Position numbers and translations under genes: made by a program. 64,000 bases of DNA. Source: Candidatus Woesebacteria bacterium. GTDB lineage: Bacteria; Patescibacteriota; Microgenomatia; UBA12405. The notes under the pieces are model-generated. The model was not told where the DNA came from. It saw only the letters and a list, made by a program, of their open reading frames with translations, and did not search any database. Numbering within the stretch: the first letter of the stretch is position 1; every line of letters begins with the position of its first letter. The stretch lies in contig DAOTMI010000003.1 in assembly GCA_035450165.1 (NCBI GenBank), positions 217 through 64,216 on the forward strand, given 5' to 3'. Below are positions 9,828-19,545 of the stretch, piece by piece.

Positions 9828-10571
9828 GTGGGAATTGTTCCACGGAGAGAGCTTTGGTCAAGAATTCAACAGGAAAGATGGTATCACATTCCTGTTAAAT
9901 CGGCGCCTCAAAATACTTCTTTGGTGGAATATATCGCTTTTTATTTCCCTAAAATTTTTGATAAAGAATATCAATATCAAGTAAACTATTACGCTAAGGT
10001 CTTAGAGTATGAGATTAAAAAAAGAATTGAACTTTTTCCCAAAGAGCCAAAACATCAAAGAGCTATGCAGGATTACTTTCAATTTCATTTAGGACTGATT
10101 CAAAAATTACCCAGATCAATTCCAAGTAAAAGATGGAGGTATATCAGTCATATTCCCACCAGTTTGGACAAACTCCTTATGGCTAAAGAAATTAATGACC
10201 TCTGGGATACCAGTCCTTTAGAAGAAAAAATGTACCAGGAGATGAAAAAACGAAAAATAGAAACTGAAAGACAGTTATATGTAAAAGTGGGTGGTCAAAT
10301 TTTCTGCCTAGATTTCGGGATATTTTGTAAAAAAGGAAATATTGACCTAGAGTGTGACGGCGAACGATACCACACACTACCCGAAGCCTTAGCAAGAGAC
10401 AGAAAAAGAAATAATCAGCTTACCAGCTTTGGCTGGAGAGTATTAAGGTTCTCAGGAAAAGAAATCAGTCAAGACATCGGTAATTGCCTAAGAGTAGTAG
10501 AAAGGACCATTGGCACTCTAGGTGGTTTGGGTAAAATAAAAATTGAAACGTTAGAATCCCATTGCTTTTAA
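9828..10571 (+). CDS. DUF559/Vsr-like PD-(D/E)XK endonuclease with an N-terminal WYHIP domain (start uncertain)
   Basis: SPLEEKMY...LDF...DLECDG..YH...RD.KRNN.L...GWRVLRF. The ORF-track start at 9699 overlaps tRNA-Ile, so the first in-frame GTG after the tRNA was used. Confidence 0.75.
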   Translation: MGIVPRRELWSRIQQERWYHIPVKSAPQNTSLVEYIAFYFPKIFDKEYQYQVNYYAKVLEYEIKKRIELFPKEPKHQRAMQDYFQFHLGLIQKLPRSIPSKRWRYISHIPTSLDKLLMAKEINDLWDTSPLEEKMYQEMKKRKIETERQLYVKVGGQIFCLDFGIFCKKGNIDLECDGERYHTLPEALARDRKRNNQLTSFGWRVLRFSGKEISQDIGNCLRVVERTIGTLGGLGKIKIETLESHCF

Positions 10572-11552
10572 AACTTCATTTAAAGTTTCTTGGGCGATGG
10601 GGCGAACCACGGTTTGGCCCCGGGCGAGAATTTCCTCAACGAGGCCGGGTTTATTTTCAAATTCCCGACGTTTTTCCCGCATCGGCGCTAAAAATTTCTC
10701 TAAAGCTAAAGCTAGTTTTTCTTTAACCTCAATATCGCTAACCTGCCCTTGACGATAACGCTTTTTCAGATCAACTACTTCTTCTTTATTTTCATTAAAT
10801 AAATCATGGTAGATAAAAACAGGATTGCCTTCAACTCTTCCAGGATCGTTTGAATGGATTCGTTGAGGATCAGTATACATTGAATTCACTTTTTCTTTAA
10901 CCGTAGCCGGATCATCGCTTAGATAAATACAATTATTTAATGATTTACTCATTTTGGCCCGGCCATCAAGACCCACCAAAGTGCCAGTTTTACCAATAAT
11001 AGCCTTAGGAATGGGAAAAACATTACCATAAAGTTTATTAAAGGTAGTGGCTAGCTCTACTGTTAATTCCACATGGCTTTGCTGATCTTTACCAACAGGG
11101 ACCAAATCGGCTTTAACCATTAAAATATCGGCTGCCTGAAGAATTGGATAGATCAGCAAACCTACCGAAGGTTTTTTAAGATCAAGATCATGCATCACCT
11201 GTTTTAAGGTAGGGATTCTTTGAGCTCGGGGAACAGTTACTAACATTTGGAAAATAGTAGACAAATAGGTAACTGCCGCTATCTGTGACTGCTGATAAAT
11301 AACTACTTTCTCTGGATCAATTCCTGCTGCTAAATAATCCAAGACGATATCATGAATATTATTCTTAATTTGTTTAATTTTTTCCTTGGTGGGAAAAGTA
11401 GTTAACAGGTGAAGATCAGCCAAAACCAAAAATACTTGGTACTGATCCTGATATTTAACTCGATTTTGGAGAGAACCAACCCAATGACCAAGATGTAACT
11501 TACCCGTTGGTCGATCCCCCGTTAAAATTCGTAATTTAGTCCCCGGCAACAT
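10551..11552 (-). CDS. trpS: Tryptophanyl-tRNA synthetase
   Basis: [34 protein letters not shown]; start set to MLPGTKLR at 11552. Confidence 0.96.
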   Translation of the reverse strand: MLPGTKLRILTGDRPTGKLHLGHWVGSLQNRVKYQDQYQVFLVLADLHLLTTFPTKEKIKQIKNNIHDIVLDYLAAGIDPEKVVIYQQSQIAAVTYLSTIFQMLVTVPRAQRIPTLKQVMHDLDLKKPSVGLLIYPILQAADILMVKADLVPVGKDQQSHVELTVELATTFNKLYGNVFPIPKAIIGKTGTLVGLDGRAKMSKSLNNCIYLSDDPATVKEKVNSMYTDPQRIHSNDPGRVEGNPVFIYHDLFNENKEEVVDLKKRYRQGQVSDIEVKEKLALALEKFLAPMREKRREFENKPGLVEEILARGQTVVRPIAQETLNEVLKAMGF

Positions 11553-11570
11553 AATGATATAATACCACCT

Positions 11571-12239
11571 ATGGCTCAGATCACTCACCAAATAAAAGCG
11601 GAAATAAGAACAGCTAAAGGAAGAAGCCAGGTAAAACATCTAAAAGAGGCGGGATTAATCCCGGCAACGCTTTATGGTAAAGGCATAGCTTCAATTTCGA
11701 TTCAATTTCCAGCTAAAGAACTTATAAAAACTTTTAAAGAGGCAGGCGAATCGGTTTTAGTTGAATTACTACTTGATAATCAAAAGATACCTGTTCTTTT
11801 CAAGAATCCACAGTATCACTATCTAAATGGCCATTTAATTCACCTGGATTGTTTCCGAGTTAATTTAAAGGAAAAAATTACCGCCGAAGTGCCAATCGTC
11901 CTGGTTGGCGAAAGTCCGGCAGTCAAAGAAGGTAATATTTTGGTCACTGTTAGTGATCAAATCAATGTCGAAGCTCTTCCGGCTGACTTACCGGAAAAAA
12001 TTGAGGTCGATATCGGTTCTTTAACTACCATCGGGGCTATAATCACCGCCGGCGATCTAATTCTCGATAAATCAAAAGTTGAACTAAAAACGGCTGCTGA
12101 CCAAGTTATAGTTAAAATCGAAGAGCCGAAAATTGAAGAAGAACCAGTAGCTCCGGTTACTCCTCCTGAAGAAGTCCCAGCAACTGAGCAAAAAGAAAAG
12201 ACTCAAGAAGAAGCTAGCGAGAAATCTGAGGAAAAGTAA
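11571..12239 (+). CDS. rplY: 50S ribosomal protein L25/Ctc
   Basis: [32 protein letters not shown], acidic tail. Confidence 0.93.
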   Translation: MAQITHQIKAEIRTAKGRSQVKHLKEAGLIPATLYGKGIASISIQFPAKELIKTFKEAGESVLVELLLDNQKIPVLFKNPQYHYLNGHLIHLDCFRVNLKEKITAEVPIVLVGESPAVKEGNILVTVSDQINVEALPADLPEKIEVDIGSLTTIGAIITAGDLILDKSKVELKTAADQVIVKIEEPKIEEEPVAPVTPPEEVPATEQKEKTQEEASEKSEEK

Positions 12240-12687
12240 AATAAATTTTTTCTACTTCACGATGGAGGGGATCGATTTGATAAGCCCGTTCCACAGCGGC
12301 TGAAGCTTCGGCATAATGGTCCAAAAGGAGTTCTAATCTAGCAATAGTCAACCAATCGTCGACAGTCAAATTTTCCAATCCATATAAAGCTTTTAATTTA
12401 CTCTGGAGCGATTCCGGCGAATATTGGTCCTTATAATAACGAATGTCGTCGGAATTTAACTTAGTTTCTAATTTAACTGCTTGAGGCCAACGATTAGTTT
12501 GGATTAATTTTAACCAATAATTAAGGCGAAGATAATAATGATCACCAGCCGACAAACTAAAAATATCTTGGTGTTGGTAAGTAAAAATAGCAAAAAAGAT
12601 TAATAATGAACTAAGCCCAATCAACTGCCACATGGTCCGATTTTTCCAATTCAATTTTTTGGGCTTGGGTTGCTGCTTGAAAATCAT
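12214..12687 (-). CDS. Membrane-anchored hypothetical protein with a C-terminal TPR-like motif
   Basis: TM helix; WLTIARLELLLDHYAEASAAVERAYQIDP; start uncertain. Confidence 0.55.
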   Translation of the reverse strand: MIFKQQPKPKKLNWKNRTMWQLIGLSSLLIFFAIFTYQHQDIFSLSAGDHYYLRLNYWLKLIQTNRWPQAVKLETKLNSDDIRYYKDQYSPESLQSKLKALYGLENLTVDDWLTIARLELLLDHYAEASAAVERAYQIDPLHREVEKIYFTFPQISR

Positions 12688-14815
12688 CTTGATATGGGAT
12701 CAAATCATCCTCAGTTAAATTTGGATGCTTAATTATTAAAGTTTTAATAGGAGAAGCTAAATTAAGACCAGCCGATGATTTCTTTCCCCTAACTAAGGAA
12801 AGAATTGCCAAAAGTTCCGAAATAACTCGATAATCTTCAGCTTTAATTTTTAATTCAGGCCAAGATAACTGATGAATTGAGGGACAGGAATGATAAATTG
12901 ATTGAAAAATTTCTTCAGTTACATGAGGAATAAAAGGGGCAAACATGATTAAAATATTTAAAAAACCTTGAGATAAGGCTAATTGAGCCGAAAGACGACG
13001 GTGGTCGGTTGGGGTTAATCCATAGATTCTCTTCTTAATCATTTCCAAGTAATTATCACAAAAAATACTCCAGAAAAAGGTTTGGATAAGATCGCGGGGA
13101 TGATTGTAATCAAAATGTTTAAAATACTCAGCCATTTTATGAGCGGTTATCTCTGATTGGGCTATCAACCACCGGTCTAAAGGCAATTCAGGTTGATCTT
13201 TAACCGATTGAAAACCGGTTAAAGCCAAAGAAACAAAATTAGCGGCACTCAGTAATTTAGTCACGACTCTCTGGCCGAAAACCACTTCATTGGTGTCATA
13301 ATAGGCATCGGCTCCCAAAGAAACCCCCGAAACAGCCCAACGAACAGCATCGGCTGAGTAGGTAGCAATTTGGTCTTCAGGGCGAAGATTACCACCGCCA
13401 TTCTTTTTACTAATTTTTTCTCCCCGGCGAAGAAGAAGGTGACCAGAAACGGCCACATTTTGCCAAGGAATACCCTGTTTCTTATAATAAGATAGGACTA
13501 AAGTATAAAAAGCCCAGGTACGAATAATTTCATAGGCCTGAGGGCGAAGAGAATAAGGGATCCGGCCGCCTTTAAGAGTATTTATCTCTGGAGTATTGGC
13601 CGAAGTAAACCAAGTATCAAAAACCAAATTATCCTCACCGGGAATGGGAATACCGTAAGGCCGTTCTCGCGACAAACACCAATCCCATTTTAGATTTTTT
13701 ACCCAATCAATCAAACGTTCTTTCATAAAGGCTGGATACCAATTAATTGTTTCCGCCATCGCTAAAATTTCCTCTTTAATTTCCAAAACTTTAAGAAAGT
13801 ATTGCTCTCGTAAAATAATTTCAATGATTGTTCCACAACGTTCATGAACCCCCACATCATGGGTTAATGGTGTTTCTTTCACTACTAAATTCTGCGATTT
13901 TAATTCCTTTATTATCTTTTCTCTGGCGGCTGGAATAGTTAACCCGTCGATCCGACCCTGCTCGTCAATAATTATCTTTTCATCCAATTGATATTTATTT
14001 TTAAGATACCAATCGGTCTCATCACCATAAGTGCAAATCATAACCGCCCCGGTGCCTTTATCAGGTTTGACCTTACCATCAGCCAATATCTTAACCTTAT
14101 CCCCCAGGGAAGTGGTGGTCTCTGTTCCAATTAAACGTTGATATCTCACGTCATCGGGATGAACAAAAACAGCCACACAAGCTGGTAATAATTCCGGCCG
14201 GGTAGTAGAAATGATTAGATCGCCAAATTGAAGATCATAAAAAACTGTTTCTAATTCCCTATCCTCAACTTCAGCTTGAGCCACACCAGTGCCACAAACA
14301 GGACACCATAAACATGGGGCTTTCTTTTTATAAATAATGTTCCTCTTTTTAAAATCCTCGAAATTCTTCAGGGTTAATTCCTGAACTTCAGAAGAAATAG
14401 TTGAATATAAGAGATGCCAGTCAAAAGAAAAACCAAGAGAATTAAACAAATTCATGTAATCCTGATGATAGCGGCTAACTAAAGTTTGAACCTGCTGGCG
14501 GTATTCGTCACGAGGTAAACTGGTAGATTTAATCCCCAATTCTTTTTCGGCCAGTTTATCGGTTGGCAAACCATTATCATCCATTCCGATTGGATAAAAA
14601 ACATTATAGCCGGCCATGCGAAAAAAACGCGCTATAATCTCGGTCTGGGTATAAGAAAAAACATGGCCGAGGTGCATCCTGCCGGAAACAGTTGGCGGAG
14701 GGGTATCAATAGAAAAAATCGGTTTTGGTGATTGGGGATCAAATTTAAAAATATTATTGTCGCGCCAATAGTCCTGCCATTTTTTCTCAATTAATTTAAA
14801 ATCATATTTTTTCAT
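12611..14815 (-). CDS. valS: Valyl-tRNA synthetase (short, archaeal-like type)
   Basis: IDTPPPTVSGRMHLGH; TTRPELLPAC; WDWCLSRER; KMSKS-like KISKK; lacks the C-terminal coiled coil. Confidence 0.93.
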   Translation of the reverse strand: MKKYDFKLIEKKWQDYWRDNNIFKFDPQSPKPIFSIDTPPPTVSGRMHLGHVFSYTQTEIIARFFRMAGYNVFYPIGMDDNGLPTDKLAEKELGIKSTSLPRDEYRQQVQTLVSRYHQDYMNLFNSLGFSFDWHLLYSTISSEVQELTLKNFEDFKKRNIIYKKKAPCLWCPVCGTGVAQAEVEDRELETVFYDLQFGDLIISTTRPELLPACVAVFVHPDDVRYQRLIGTETTTSLGDKVKILADGKVKPDKGTGAVMICTYGDETDWYLKNKYQLDEKIIIDEQGRIDGLTIPAAREKIIKELKSQNLVVKETPLTHDVGVHERCGTIIEIILREQYFLKVLEIKEEILAMAETINWYPAFMKERLIDWVKNLKWDWCLSRERPYGIPIPGEDNLVFDTWFTSANTPEINTLKGGRIPYSLRPQAYEIIRTWAFYTLVLSYYKKQGIPWQNVAVSGHLLLRRGEKISKKNGGGNLRPEDQIATYSADAVRWAVSGVSLGADAYYDTNEVVFGQRVVTKLLSAANFVSLALTGFQSVKDQPELPLDRWLIAQSEITAHKMAEYFKHFDYNHPRDLIQTFFWSIFCDNYLEMIKKRIYGLTPTDHRRLSAQLALSQGFLNILIMFAPFIPHVTEEIFQSIYHSCPSIHQLSWPELKIKAEDYRVISELLAILSLVRGKKSSAGLNLASPIKTLIIKHPNLTEDDLIPYQDDFQAATQAQKIELEKSDHVAVDWA

Positions 14816-14823
14816 CAACAAAT

Positions 14824-15321
14824 TTATTTTATCAGAAGATCTAATTGGCGATAGAACTCACTCCTAATTCTCGAAGGGGAAATATTACCATTTAAAACAA
14901 TTAATTTTCTCTCAGTAAGAATTTGTTGGGCTTGATGACCATTCTTATCAATTAAGGTGTAAAAGTTTTCCACTTCCCGACAGCTGGATTTAACCTGAAT
15001 CCAAATTTGATCATGAAAACCATGATAATTATTGATAACAACGGCTAAATCGCGCTTTTGATAAATATCTTCACCAGAAAAATCCTTTATCTGCCGAATT
15101 TCACCAATTATCTTTTCCTCTTTAATGGCTTTAATAACTCGATTAACTGACTTCTGACCACGTTTTTGCCCTGTCTCAAGGCGATAATCGTAAGCAGCTA
15201 ATTGACGGTCGATAACCGCATTATCTAGACCATTTTTCAAACCATTAAAAATAATTTTTAGACGTCCTTGGCTACGATCCTGTTCTACTAAATTATGATA
15301 ATGTTCTAAGGTTTTTGACAT
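14824..15321 (-). CDS. Hypothetical protein, possible PD-(D/E)XK-like fold
   Basis: 165-aa ORF with RDLAVVI...IWIQVKSS. Confidence 0.5.
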   Translation of the reverse strand: MSKTLEHYHNLVEQDRSQGRLKIIFNGLKNGLDNAVIDRQLAAYDYRLETGQKRGQKSVNRVIKAIKEEKIIGEIRQIKDFSGEDIYQKRDLAVVINNYHGFHDQIWIQVKSSCREVENFYTLIDKNGHQAQQILTERKLIVLNGNISPSRIRSEFYRQLDLLIK

Positions 15322-15370
15322 AGATTAAAAGTTGCATCGATTATAGCATAATGATTTGATAAAATTGGCT

Positions 15371-16372
15371 ATGCCAGCCACTAAAAAACAAATCATCCAG
15401 ATTTTAAAAATGGGTGGTTTAGTCGTCATTCCCTCAGATACGGTTTATGGATTAGCGGTTGATGCGACTCAATCAAAAGCCGTTGAAAAGTTATTAAAAT
15501 TTAAAGAGAGATGGCCCGGTAAGGCTATTGCCGTGTTTTGCGATAGCTTTAAAATGGCTAGTGATTACGCAATAATTAACAACAACGTACAAACAATTTA
15601 TACAAACTGGTTACCCGGTCCTTTTACTTTAATTGTCGAGGGCCGACATCGATTAGCTAAGGGTATCGAAGCGGAAGATGGTTCTTTAGGTATTAGAATT
15701 CCCAATTATCCTTTAATCATTGAAGTGGTTAAAGAATTTGGCCGGCCGATTACCGCTACTTCAGCTAACTTGTCAGGCCATCGGCCGCACTACTCAACTA
15801 CCAGCTTTCTTAAAACTTTATCCGAAAAAAAAAGACGGATGATTGATTTAATTGTTGATGTTGGTAAACTACCACGAAATAAACCATCAACAGTAGTCGA
15901 TATAAGAGAACCGAAAATAAAAATTCTCCGGCGAGGGGATTTCATAACTCCTAATGGGCAAACATTCATTTCCCATTCAGCTCAAGAGACCCAAAAAATT
16001 GCCGGAACTCTTCTTTCTAAAATACCCCAACCAATTATTTTAGGTTTAAGCGGTGATTTGGGTACAGGTAAAACTGTTTTTTCTCAAGGTATTGGCCGAG
16101 CTATGGGAATTAAGGAAAAAATCACCTCCCCCACTTTTACTATTTATAATGACTACGGTAAATTCCTACATATTGATCTTTATCGAATTAATAATCAGGA
16201 AGAATTGATGGAACTCAATATATTTAATGCCATCAAAAATAAAAAGGTAGTCTGTATTGAATGGATAGAAAATTTAGGTAAAACCAATTTGGTTAAATTA
16301 ACTCAAATAGCTCCTTTAAAATTCTTAACTTTTAAATATATTGATGAACATACCCGAGAAATAAAATTATGA
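15371..16372 (+). CDS. tsaC: Fused threonylcarbamoyl-AMP synthase (TsaC/Sua5) and TsaE ATPase
   Basis: N-terminal PSDTVYGL, PGPFT, TATSANLSG, PSTVVD; C-terminal LSGDLGTGKT, SPTF, HIDLYR, IEW. Confidence 0.9.
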   Translation: MPATKKQIIQILKMGGLVVIPSDTVYGLAVDATQSKAVEKLLKFKERWPGKAIAVFCDSFKMASDYAIINNNVQTIYTNWLPGPFTLIVEGRHRLAKGIEAEDGSLGIRIPNYPLIIEVVKEFGRPITATSANLSGHRPHYSTTSFLKTLSEKKRRMIDLIVDVGKLPRNKPSTVVDIREPKIKILRRGDFITPNGQTFISHSAQETQKIAGTLLSKIPQPIILGLSGDLGTGKTVFSQGIGRAMGIKEKITSPTFTIYNDYGKFLHIDLYRINNQEELMELNIFNAIKNKKVVCIEWIENLGKTNLVKLTQIAPLKFLTFKYIDEHTREIKL

Positions 16373-17400
16373 AAATTTTAGCTATTGATACCAGTTGTGA
16401 TGATACTTGTGCCGCCGTAGTTGAAAATCGAAAAATAATCACCAATATTGTTTCATCTCAAATTAATTTATATAAGGATTGGGGTGGAGTTGTTCCTAAC
16501 ATCGCTAAATGGGCTCACAAGAAAAGGATTGATTTAGTAATAAATAAGGCATTAAATCTCCATCTAGCCCCCTCTTCAAAAAAGAGAGAAAGTATCAATA
16601 GCATTGATGTGATTGCCGTTACTCAGGGACCGGGGCTAGCGGTAGCTTTGGAAGTTGGGATTGATAAGGCCAAAGCATTGGCTAAACAATATAAAAAAAA
16701 ACTAATAGCCGTCAATCATATTGAGGGTCATTTACTATCTACTCTTTTTAATCATCAAATTGCTTTCCCAGCTCTTGGTTTAACTGTTTCCGGTGGTCAT
16801 AGTCAAATTATCCTTATTCATAGCATTGGTGATTACAGAATAATTGGAGAAACTTTAGATGATGCCGCCGGCGAAGCTTTAGATAAAGCCGCTAGAATAT
16901 TGGGGTTAGGTTATCCCGGCGGACCAATAATCGAACGATTAGCCCAAAAAGGAAATAAAAACTTTCTCAAACTACCCAAAGTCCTTCCTGATAATAAAAT
17001 TCTAAATTTTAGTTTTTCTGGATTAAAAACCAGTTTTTATTATCAAATTAAAAATTTATCACCCCAGCAAATTAGTAGCCATTTATCAGATTACGCCGCC
17101 AGTTATCAGGAAGCTGTTTTTGAACAATTGATCCGTAAATTTAGACTAGCGGTTGAAAAATATCAACCAAAAGTATTACTAGCCGCTGGCGGGGTTATGT
17201 CTAATTTAGAATTAAGAAATAAATTAAGACAATTAGCCAAGACTCTCAATCTGCCAATAAATATGCCCTATAATCAGAAACTGAATACGGATAATGCGGC
17301 AATGATCGGTTTAACCGCCTATTACAAAGCTCTGAAAGGAGAATTCGTTGAAGATATTGATAAACTCGATCGTAAACCCCGCCTTAAGTTGGATTACTAA
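16369..17400 (+). CDS. tsaD: tRNA N6-threonylcarbamoyltransferase
   Basis: ILAIDTSCDDT, GGVVP, VNHIEGH, SGGHS, TDNAAMI. Confidence 0.96.
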   Translation: MKILAIDTSCDDTCAAVVENRKIITNIVSSQINLYKDWGGVVPNIAKWAHKKRIDLVINKALNLHLAPSSKKRESINSIDVIAVTQGPGLAVALEVGIDKAKALAKQYKKKLIAVNHIEGHLLSTLFNHQIAFPALGLTVSGGHSQIILIHSIGDYRIIGETLDDAAGEALDKAARILGLGYPGGPIIERLAQKGNKNFLKLPKVLPDNKILNFSFSGLKTSFYYQIKNLSPQQISSHLSDYAASYQEAVFEQLIRKFRLAVEKYQPKVLLAAGGVMSNLELRNKLRQLAKTLNLPINMPYNQKLNTDNAAMIGLTAYYKALKGEFVEDIDKLDRKPRLKLDY

Positions 17401-17412
17401 AAAGAAGCGGCC

Positions 17413-19128
17413 CTATTGAGATGTTGGTCCCCGGCGAAAAATAGCTGCCCAAGGAACATAGGACGAAGTAAATGTCCGTTGATAAAGCACTTTACCATCT
17501 TTTGTAACTCTCCAATCGAAAGCTACTTTTAGTCCGCTGACCTTATGCTCATCTTGAACTATTTTCCCGGGCGGCAAACTAGGATCGTCAAGATAAATAT
17601 CTGGTGGTGGTGGAACTTTACCCCATTGACGATAATTAGTAATTTCTACCTTCCGATTATCACTAGTGCCATAAATTTCATAAGTCAATTTTTTTTCCAC
17701 CCCATCATAAAGGCTTTGAATAAGCAGATAATGATCAGTATCATTAATAAATTGCAAATCGGGCTTGGGTGAAAAGACAGTGGCATCATAACCTGGCGGC
17801 ATATCTTCCTCGTAATAACCAACGCGATAGGCATGAGCCTGACGTTCGGTAATATTCAAACCTGCATTTAATAGGGCTCGAAACAAAGTTGTTGATACTT
17901 GACAGATACCACCGCCAATATCTAAAACAGTTCGCCCCTGTTTAATAATATAAGCTTTACCAAATCCACTTTCAGCATCTACTTTACCAAGAGCTTTATT
18001 AAAAGAAAAAGTTTCGCCTGGAGCAACTAAAATTCGATTGACAATAGCTGCTCCTTGGGCAATATTAACATTGCGGTAACTGGCACTGGTTTTAAAGGAA
18101 GAACTACCTCGACCAATCAATTCCTTGATGCCTAAATTATTAACGTCGGCATTATTAACTTTAGGGTCACTATAAATAAAAGGTAAATCTAACCTTAATT
18201 GAGTCTCGGTTTGACTGGTTAAACCTGGAAGACGACGATTTAATAAAGAAACCAATTGGGAAACATTAAGAGTATATCCTTTCTGAGCTGGACGAAAGGC
18301 TAAAACGTGACCGTTTTCGAATTGAAAAACAGCATCCACTGGCTCTTTTTTCAAACTGGAAGCTAAATTATCAACATACTCGCTAATTTTATCCGTTTTA
18401 TAGGTATTATTAAAATCGTACCAAGAAATAAGCAAATCGTCGCTCAGAATAATTTCCTGATTCTCACCAATTAAAACTACTGACCGGCCAATAATTTTTT
18501 GAGCCTCCTTGAGACTAGAAGCTAATTGATTCTGATCTGGCAAAGAACCAACGTTAGTAACTGGAATAATAATTGGCTGATTAAACTGATAGTTGGCTAA
18601 AGCCTCTAAAATAATTGTTTTTAAAGAAGCTTGATCAACCCGTCGGCCAATTTCACCATTGTTTACTTTTACTTGGTGGTTTTCATTAATATAAAATTCA
18701 GCTGGAATAAATGGTCGGTCAATTTCTCTAGCTACCCAATCAAGCCGCTGATGGAGTTGATCTTGATTAATTTGAAAAATGAGTTTAAAGTCTTTAGGTT
18801 GGAAAAAGGCAGTTAAATAGCGCCATGGACCTTGCTTTAATCGCCGGAACAAAAGACTGGAGGCCGTTTTGTTTTTATCAATAACTGCAGATATATCGGC
18901 TGTATTGATGATTAAAATCCGATTGCCATCAATTAATTTCAGATCTCTGGGTAAAGAAAAATCAGTTTCCAGCCTGGCTACAATCTCCCGTTTGGATAAC
19001 AGAGAGTAATCCTTACCCAAAAGGCTAATTCGGCGGCCAGTTTTACCGAAATTAATTACTAAAGGTGAACTAATTAAAAGAAAAACTAAAAATATCAAAA
19101 GAAGCCAATTAAGTAGTTTTTGATTCAT
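17413..19128 (-). CDS. VanW family protein with peptidoglycan-binding (YoaR-like) repeats
   Basis: RNVNI, PGETFSFN, GGGICQVSTTLFRA, ERQAH, GYDATVF, DLQFINDT. Confidence 0.9.
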   Translation of the reverse strand: MNQKLLNWLLLIFLVFLLISSPLVINFGKTGRRISLLGKDYSLLSKREIVARLETDFSLPRDLKLIDGNRILIINTADISAVIDKNKTASSLLFRRLKQGPWRYLTAFFQPKDFKLIFQINQDQLHQRLDWVAREIDRPFIPAEFYINENHQVKVNNGEIGRRVDQASLKTIILEALANYQFNQPIIIPVTNVGSLPDQNQLASSLKEAQKIIGRSVVLIGENQEIILSDDLLISWYDFNNTYKTDKISEYVDNLASSLKKEPVDAVFQFENGHVLAFRPAQKGYTLNVSQLVSLLNRRLPGLTSQTETQLRLDLPFIYSDPKVNNADVNNLGIKELIGRGSSSFKTSASYRNVNIAQGAAIVNRILVAPGETFSFNKALGKVDAESGFGKAYIIKQGRTVLDIGGGICQVSTTLFRALLNAGLNITERQAHAYRVGYYEEDMPPGYDATVFSPKPDLQFINDTDHYLLIQSLYDGVEKKLTYEIYGTSDNRKVEITNYRQWGKVPPPPDIYLDDPSLPPGKIVQDEHKVSGLKVAFDWRVTKDGKVLYQRTFTSSYVPWAAIFRRGPTSQ

Positions 19129-19540
19129 AGGCAGAATCCATTGATTGATTAGCCAGTTTATCGGCTAAAGAATTCTCCTCCCGGCGAATTAAATTAAAAG
19201 AATAAGGTAAATTCAAATCTTGGAGTAACTGGCGGCAATCGGCCCAAAGGGATTTCAAATTAGAAGCTTTAACTTTATAAAGACCTTGTAATTGATAAAT
19301 CAAAAGTTGAGAATCGGCATAAAAATCCATTTGGGTAATTTGATATCTATTGGTATTACTTTTAACCCATTCTAGGGCCATTTTCATGGCAAGATATTCG
19401 GCTTCGTTATTGGTTTTAATTCCCCAGAAACAGCTTTTTTGAAAGATTAACCGACGGCAAGCGTCATAAACCACCATTCCACCACCAGCCGGCCCGGGAT
19501 TACCCCTGGCGCCGCCATCAGTATAAATAGTCACAACCAT
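19109..19540 (-). CDS. rnhA: Ribonuclease HI family protein
   Basis: YTDGGARGNPGPAG, TNNEAEY, DSQL, REENSLADKLAN. Confidence 0.9.
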   Translation of the reverse strand: MVVTIYTDGGARGNPGPAGGGMVVYDACRRLIFQKSCFWGIKTNNEAEYLAMKMALEWVKSNTNRYQITQMDFYADSQLLIYQLQGLYKVKASNLKSLWADCRQLLQDLNLPYSFNLIRREENSLADKLANQSMDSAYESKTT

Positions 19541-19545
19541 ACATA

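Noticed and set aside
11553-11639. Longer trpS N-terminus in the ORF track
   Set aside because: It would overlap divergent rplY; the conserved sequence begins at [13 protein letters not shown].
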